Both the position numbers and the translations under genes were made by a program. From positions 147 to 64,146 of the forward strand of contig JAXHVS010000142.1 of assembly GCA_034189025.1 (NCBI GenBank): DNA of 64,000 bases, given 5' to 3'. Below the pieces are notes generated by a model. It searched no databases. It was given only the letters and a program-made list of their open reading frames with translations, and was not told the origin of the DNA. Source of the stretch: Bacteroidota bacterium. GTDB lineage: Bacteria; Bacteroidota; Bacteroidia; Bacteroidales; UBA12077. Below are positions 58,886 through 64,000 of the stretch, in pieces (positions within the stretch are counted from its first letter, which is position 1; each line of letters begins with the position of its first letter).

Positions 58886-60823
58886 ATGAAAAAAATAGCT
58901 GGTTTATTAATTATTCTATTCTTTTTTTTCTTTGCCAACGCACAAAAACAGAATAGTGAAGTTTTAGTTGAAATTGATAACGAAACTATTACAAAAGATG
59001 AATTTTTAAGATTCTATGAAAAAAATAAGATTAACCTGACAACTGGTGAAACTATTCCCATTGATGAATATCTTGAGTTGTTTATTAATTTTAAACTTAA
59101 AGTGCTTGAAGCTAAAAACCATGGATTAGACACCTCTCGAAATTTTCAATCAGAGTTTGAAGGATATAAAAAACAATTGGCAAGGCCTTACTTACTTGAT
59201 TCTGCAACGATTGATAAATTAGTAAAAGAAGCTTATGATAGAATGCAATATGAAGTTAGAGCCAGCCACATTTTAATTAGGGTAAAAGATAATGCTTTAC
59301 CTGAGGATACGGCTTTTGCCTATAAAAAAGCGGTTAAAATAAAAGATAGAATTATTCGTGGAGAGCCATTCCCTGTTGTTGCTAGAGGAGCTTCGGATGA
59401 TCCATCGGTTAAAAATAATGCAGGTGATTTAGGATATTTTACTGTGTTTCAAATGGTATATCCTTTCGAGACGGCTGTTTATTCTATGAATGTTGGGGAT
59501 ATTAAAGGGCCTGTTCGTACGCGTTTTGGATATCATATTATTCAATTAACCGATAAGAAAGAAGCAAGAGGTGAAATTAAAGTAGCACACATTATGCTTG
59601 CGGATTCTAAAAACAGAAATACAGTAAATGCAAATCAGAAAAAAGAGTTAATACATAAATTATATCATAGATTAAAACAGGGAGAGGATTTTGCTAAACT
59701 TGCAAAAGAATATTCTGACGATAAAGGCTCTGCTGCAAACGGAGGAGAATTGCCCTGGTTTACTGTTGGGCAAATGGTTGAAGAGTTTGAACGTACAGCT
59801 TTTGCACTAAAAAACAATGGTGATATTTCAAAACCAGTTAAAACAAATTATGGCTGGCATATCATAAAGCGGATTGACAGGAATGAACCAAAATCATTGG
59901 AAGAGGTAAAGGATGATTTAAGAAGAAAAGTAATTAACAGCCACCGTTCGCTTAAAGCACAAAGAGCATTGATTAATAAATTAAAAGAAAATTATCAATT
60001 TACGGAGAAAAAATCTAATTTACCTGTATTTTATGATTCAACAAAAAATATCATGAAATTTAATGACTCCTATTTTGAGTCGAAAATGAATCAAAATAAA
60101 ACTCTTTTTATTTTAAACAATAAAAAAATAACCGTAAATGATTTTGAGAATTTTGTACATAACAATAAACCACAAAATTTAACTCCAAATCATTATTATG
60201 ATCTCTATAATAACTTTGTAGATAACTATATTCTTGAATATGAAGAATCAAGATTAGCCGATAAGTATCCTGAATATAAATATTTATTAAAGGAATATTA
60301 TGACGGGATGTTATTATTTGAATTAATGGATAAAGAGGTTTGGACCAAAGCATTATCTGATTCAATTGGGTTAAAAGAATATTATGATAATCATAAAGAT
60401 AATTATAGATGGGATGAAAGATGGAAAGGGAGTATCTATTTTTGTAAAAACGAAAATGTATATCGAAAGGTAAAAAAGGATATCAATAAACGTAGGCTTT
60501 TTAGAAAAAAACTTACCAATGAGGAATTATTAGAAAAGTATAATGACGAAAATGAAGTACTAAAAATTGAAGAAGGAATCTTTAAACAGGGTGAAAATAA
60601 AATTATTGACCAAATGGTATGGAATAACTCTTCCGAGGAGAATGACAATTTGTTAGTTCTAATTAAAGGAGAAAAATTAAAATCTACGATAAAACCATTT
60701 AACGAAGCAAAAGGAAATGTTATTTCCGATTATCAAGAATATTTGGAAGAAGAGTGGATTAAAAATTTAAGAGATAAATACAATATCCGCATTAATAATC
60801 AGGTTCTATCTACATTAAAATAA
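58886..60823 (+). CDS. Peptidyl-prolyl isomerase with two parvulin (PpiC) domains
   Basis: Signal ...FFANAQ. ASHILIRV...GDLGYF...GYHIIQL and VAHIML...GGELPWF...GWHIIKR. Confidence 0.85.
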   Translation: MKKIAGLLIILFFFFFANAQKQNSEVLVEIDNETITKDEFLRFYEKNKINLTTGETIPIDEYLELFINFKLKVLEAKNHGLDTSRNFQSEFEGYKKQLARPYLLDSATIDKLVKEAYDRMQYEVRASHILIRVKDNALPEDTAFAYKKAVKIKDRIIRGEPFPVVARGASDDPSVKNNAGDLGYFTVFQMVYPFETAVYSMNVGDIKGPVRTRFGYHIIQLTDKKEARGEIKVAHIMLADSKNRNTVNANQKKELIHKLYHRLKQGEDFAKLAKEYSDDKGSAANGGELPWFTVGQMVEEFERTAFALKNNGDISKPVKTNYGWHIIKRIDRNEPKSLEEVKDDLRRKVINSHRSLKAQRALINKLKENYQFTEKKSNLPVFYDSTKNIMKFNDSYFESKMNQNKTLFILNNKKITVNDFENFVHNNKPQNLTPNHYYDLYNNFVDNYILEYEESRLADKYPEYKYLLKEYYDGMLLFELMDKEVWTKALSDSIGLKEYYDNHKDNYRWDERWKGSIYFCKNENVYRKVKKDINKRRLFRKKLTNEELLEKYNDENEVLKIEEGIFKQGENKIIDQMVWNNSSEENDNLLVLIKGEKLKSTIKPFNEAKGNVISDYQEYLEEEWIKNLRDKYNIRINNQVLSTLK

Positions 60824-60847
60824 ACAATTATAAATACAGCGATTGAG

Positions 60848-61705
60848 ATGTATAAATTTAAATTATCTTTTATTATAAGTTTTATTTTATTTTCTTTATT
60901 TCTTGGATGTAAGCAGGAAAAAGAGCATGAAAATGATAAACCACTGGCTCGGGTACATGATAAATATTTGTACGAGTCGGATTTAAAGCAATTACTCCCA
61001 TCAAATATTTCACAAGAAGACAGTGTTACGCTGACTAAAAACTATATCAACGATTGGATAAAAAAACAGTTAATGCTGCAAAAAGCCGAAGAAAACCTCC
61101 CAACCGAAAGTAAAAATATTGAAAAACAAATAGAGGATTACCGTTCTTCTTTATTAATCTTTAAGTATAGACAAGAATTAATAAAACAGAAAATTGATAC
61201 TGTAATTACTCAACAAGAAATAGAATCATATTATAATGAATACTCAGCAAATTTTATTCTCAATCATAATATTGTTAAAGCCTTATATCTAAAAATTTCA
61301 AAAGAGTCTCCGGAAATAAATAATGTAAAAAAATGGTATAAGTCAGATAATGCCGAAGATTTAACTAAACTCGAAGATTATTGTTACCAGTATGCTACCA
61401 AATTCGATAATTTTAATAACGAGTGGATTTCATTCAGTAATTTATTAAGCGAACTACCCTTAAAAATTGACGATGAAGAACGTTATTTACGTTATAATAA
61501 ATATATCGAAACAGAAGACTCTTTGTTTAACTATTTCGTGAAAATTAATGACTTTGCCCTTAGAAGTTCTATTCAACCTATTGAATATGCAAAACCCAAA
61601 ATCAAAACCATTATACTTAATAAAAGAAAATTTTCATTTATTGAAGAATTGGAAAATAATATATACAATAATGCCTTAAACCGAAACGAATTTATAATCT
61701 ATTAA
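60848..61705 (+). CDS. Lipoprotein, SurA-N-like chaperone-associated (uncharacterised)
   Basis: Lipobox LFLGC. Helical, no parvulin signature. Sits between two PPIase genes. Confidence 0.5.
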   Translation: MYKFKLSFIISFILFSLFLGCKQEKEHENDKPLARVHDKYLYESDLKQLLPSNISQEDSVTLTKNYINDWIKKQLMLQKAEENLPTESKNIEKQIEDYRSSLLIFKYRQELIKQKIDTVITQQEIESYYNEYSANFILNHNIVKALYLKISKESPEINNVKKWYKSDNAEDLTKLEDYCYQYATKFDNFNNEWISFSNLLSELPLKIDDEERYLRYNKYIETEDSLFNYFVKINDFALRSSIQPIEYAKPKIKTIILNKRKFSFIEELENNIYNNALNRNEFIIY

Positions 61706-61712
61706 AATTAAT

Positions 61713-63086
61713 ATGAAGATTAATATGAAGATGACATTTTTTAATAAACTTTTTATATCCGCAACGTTAATTCTTTTAACATTTAATTTATCTGCCCAGG
61801 ATCAATTTATTGCTGACAGAGTAATTGCAAATGTAGGTGATAAGATTATTTTGCAATCAGATATTGAAAATCAAGTAATACAACTAAAAGCTCAGGGTTA
61901 TCAAGGCCGTGGCGATATTAAATGTGAGGTTTTCGAAGAATTGTTAGTCCAGAAATTATTATTAATTCAGGCCGAACTGGATAGTATTGAGGTTGGAATG
62001 AATCAAATTGAGGGGGAATTAGAAAGCAGGCTTAATTATTTTATTCGCCAAATTGGATCACAGGAGAAATTAGAAGAGTTTTATAATAAGTCGATGATTG
62101 AAATAAAAGAAGATTTCCGGCCTTTAATTCGCGAACAGCTTTTGACCCAAACGATGCAAAGAAATTTGGTTGCAGGTGTAAAAGTCTCACCCAAAGAGGT
62201 TGAAGCATTTTATAAAAAATTACCTAATGACAGTATCCCCATGGTAAATACCCAATACCAGATTAATCAAATAGCCGTTTATCCTCCAGAAGATGAGATA
62301 TCAAGAGCCGAAGCCCGCGAGAAATTATTAAATATACGTGAGCGAATTATAAATGGAGAACGGTTTTCTACTTTAGCTGTTCTTTATTCCGAAGATCCCG
62401 GATCAGCCCGCAGAGGTGGTGAGCTGGGTTTTAGAACACGAGATGAACTGGATCCTGAGTTTGCTAAAGCAGCTTTCAGGCTTACCGACGATGGTGGTGT
62501 ATCGCGTATTGTTGAATCTGAATATGGCTTTCATATTATTCAGTTAATTGCTAAACAAGGCAGTCAGGTTAATGTGCGGCATATATTGATTACTCCTAAA
62601 GTAGATATTCAGCAAAAAATTAAAGCAAAAAATAAACTCGACAGTATTGCTAACCTAATAAGAAATGATAGTATATCATTTACCAATGCTGCCCTTAGAT
62701 TTTCTGAGGATGAACAATCAAGGCTTAACGATGGCTTAATGGTTAATCCTATGAATTCCTCAACAAAATTTGACCTCGAGGAGTTACCTAAGGCTGAATA
62801 TAATATAGTTAAAGATTTAGAAAAGGGTGAAATTTCTGAGCCTTTTGAAACAGTTGACAATAAAGGAAAAACAATTTTTAAAATCATAAAAATTGCCAAA
62901 AAAATTGATGCACATAAAGCCAATTTAAAAGATGATTATGAGATGATTGAAGATATTGCCATGATGCAAAAACAACAACAAAAATTTGAGGAATGGCTAA
63001 AAGAGAGTAAAAAGAAAACCTATATCCATATCGACGATTCTTTTATAAACTGTAAGTTTTTAGAAAATGGATGGATAAAACAATAA
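61713..63086 (+). CDS. surA: SurA-like peptidyl-prolyl isomerase/chaperone
   Basis: Signal ...NLSAQ. SurA_N-like region (RVIANVGDKIILQSDIE), a parvulin-like domain (GGELGF...GFHIIQL), then VRHILI leading into a second, less clear C-terminal region. Confidence 0.75.
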   Translation: MKINMKMTFFNKLFISATLILLTFNLSAQDQFIADRVIANVGDKIILQSDIENQVIQLKAQGYQGRGDIKCEVFEELLVQKLLLIQAELDSIEVGMNQIEGELESRLNYFIRQIGSQEKLEEFYNKSMIEIKEDFRPLIREQLLTQTMQRNLVAGVKVSPKEVEAFYKKLPNDSIPMVNTQYQINQIAVYPPEDEISRAEAREKLLNIRERIINGERFSTLAVLYSEDPGSARRGGELGFRTRDELDPEFAKAAFRLTDDGGVSRIVESEYGFHIIQLIAKQGSQVNVRHILITPKVDIQQKIKAKNKLDSIANLIRNDSISFTNAALRFSEDEQSRLNDGLMVNPMNSSTKFDLEELPKAEYNIVKDLEKGEISEPFETVDNKGKTIFKIIKIAKKIDAHKANLKDDYEMIEDIAMMQKQQQKFEEWLKESKKKTYIHIDDSFINCKFLENGWIKQ

Positions 63087-63101
63087 ATCATCACTATTTT
63101 A

Positions 63102-64000
63102 ATGGGTAAACAATTTATTTTATTCCTGATTTTAGCTGCTTTGTGCCTTGTAATGCCATTGTCGACTGTAGCTCAAGAGAAAGAACAAGTCAAGATACTT
63201 AACTCTAATTCGTTTGAATCTAGTAAAACAGTAGGCGAGGGAGTACGTCGTTTTATTGGCGATGTTATATTTGAACACAATAATGCCACTATGTATTGTG
63301 ATAGTGCGTATTTGTACAGTAAACAAAATATGATACACGCCTATAGCAATGTTCATCTTAACAGGGGAGATACACTGCATTTATATGGTGATTTTATGAG
63401 ATATAACGGCAATAATAATGTTGGTGAGGTAAGGCGTAATGTTATATTAAAAGATAAAAATGCAACACTCACTACAGACTCTCTTGATTTTAATACCGAA
63501 ACTAGTGTCGCCAATTATTTTGAAGGCGCAAAAATTGTTAATAAAGATAAAAATACCTTAGAAAGTGTTATTGGTTATTACTATGCCAATAATAACTTAT
63601 TTGTATATAAAGATAGCGTTATTGTTAAAACACCAGATTATACAATTTATACCGATACATTAAAATACAATACAGAAACAGAGATTGCTTATTTTTTAGG
63701 GCCAACAGATATTTATAACGAAGATAACCACCTCTATGCCGAAAATGGGTGGTATAAAATCCCCGAAAAGAAATTTCAGTTTAATGAAAATGCAAGGTAT
63801 CAAAATAAAGAAAAAATATTAATGGGCGACAGCTTATTTTTTGATGATTCCGTTGGTGTTGGCATTGCTATCGATAATATTGAGATGATAGATACCACTG
63901 AAAACATGATAATAAAAGGACATTATGCCTACTATCTGCGCGAACCCGAGAAGTTTTTGGTAACCGATAGTGCATTGCTTATCCAGGTAACCGATGAAAC
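63102..64000 (+). CDS. OstA-like (LptD N-terminal/LptA-fold) protein, 5' part (continues beyond window)
   Basis: ATG at 63102, signal ...STVAQE. Repeated beta-jellyroll-like pattern (VRRFIGDVIFEHNNATMYCDSAYLY..., GEVRRNVILKDKNATLTTDSLDFN...). Located after surA, as in LPS-assembly clusters. Confidence 0.6.
   Translation, partial: MGKQFILFLILAALCLVMPLSTVAQEKEQVKILNSNSFESSKTVGEGVRRFIGDVIFEHNNATMYCDSAYLYSKQNMIHAYSNVHLNRGDTLHLYGDFMRYNGNNNVGEVRRNVILKDKNATLTTDSLDFNTETSVANYFEGAKIVNKDKNTLESVIGYYYANNNLFVYKDSVIVKTPDYTIYTDTLKYNTETEIAYFLGPTDIYNEDNHLYAENGWYKIPEKKFQFNENARYQNKEKILMGDSLFFDDSVGVGIAIDNIEMIDTTENMIIKGHYAYYLREPEKFLVTDSALLIQVTDE

Noticed and set aside
58918-58935. T-rich homopolymer run inside the signal peptide (FFFFF) of the PPIase gene as a possible slippage switch
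   Set aside because: The run is interrupted (ttcttttttttctttg) and encodes a normal hydrophobic signal core. There is no evidence of frame ambiguity.

Overview
AT-rich Bacteroidota chromosomal segment. The assignment is an inference from a T9SS type-B sorting domain protein, many signal peptides ending in ...AQ, a TTTG/TAnnTTTG promoter box, and purA-fur-relA and tamB/tsaD gene order. Most of the window is ordinary housekeeping: acyl-CoA ligase, purA, fur, relA/spoT, an M16 peptidase pair, glyA, exbB-exbD-tonB, tamB, tsaD, yaaA, rlmI, recQ, guaB and a parvulin/SurA/OstA envelope cluster. There are tandem paralog pairs of MFS, ClC and TauE transporters. No rRNA, tRNA or CRISPR array was recognised.

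Three parts deserve attention.

(1) The left ~5 kb looks accessory. It holds the end of an ISL3-family IS, a visibly GC-richer orphan gene, and a translationally coupled three-gene HigB-like toxin / XRE antitoxin with a long C-terminal tail / SecB-like chaperone module (a TAC-type tripartite toxin-antitoxin-chaperone). It also holds a three-gene cassette bracketed by copies of a ~200 bp GC-rich hairpin-bearing repeat. Related mosaic elements occur in at least three other intergenic regions.

(2) 23.3-36.6 kb is a signal-transduction neighbourhood. Two histidine kinase genes there are decayed, one by a 5-bp tandem duplication. A tight six-gene operon encodes a REC-PAS-HK-REC hybrid kinase, a REC-fused kinase-like protein lacking the phospho-acceptor His, a 1009-aa ABCG-type ATPase/permease with large unassigned extensions, and three uncharacterised exported proteins. 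An inverted paralog and an orphan REC lie next to it. This operon is my best candidate for an undescribed system.

(3) Smaller oddities: a crcB (fluoride channel) remnant with in-frame stops, a perfect 17-bp tandem duplication in a divergent promoter, a hairpin-rich terminator-bounded unit with a 26-codon ORF, and two large genes with no ATG start.

All functional calls come from motif recognition by eye. No database search was run.
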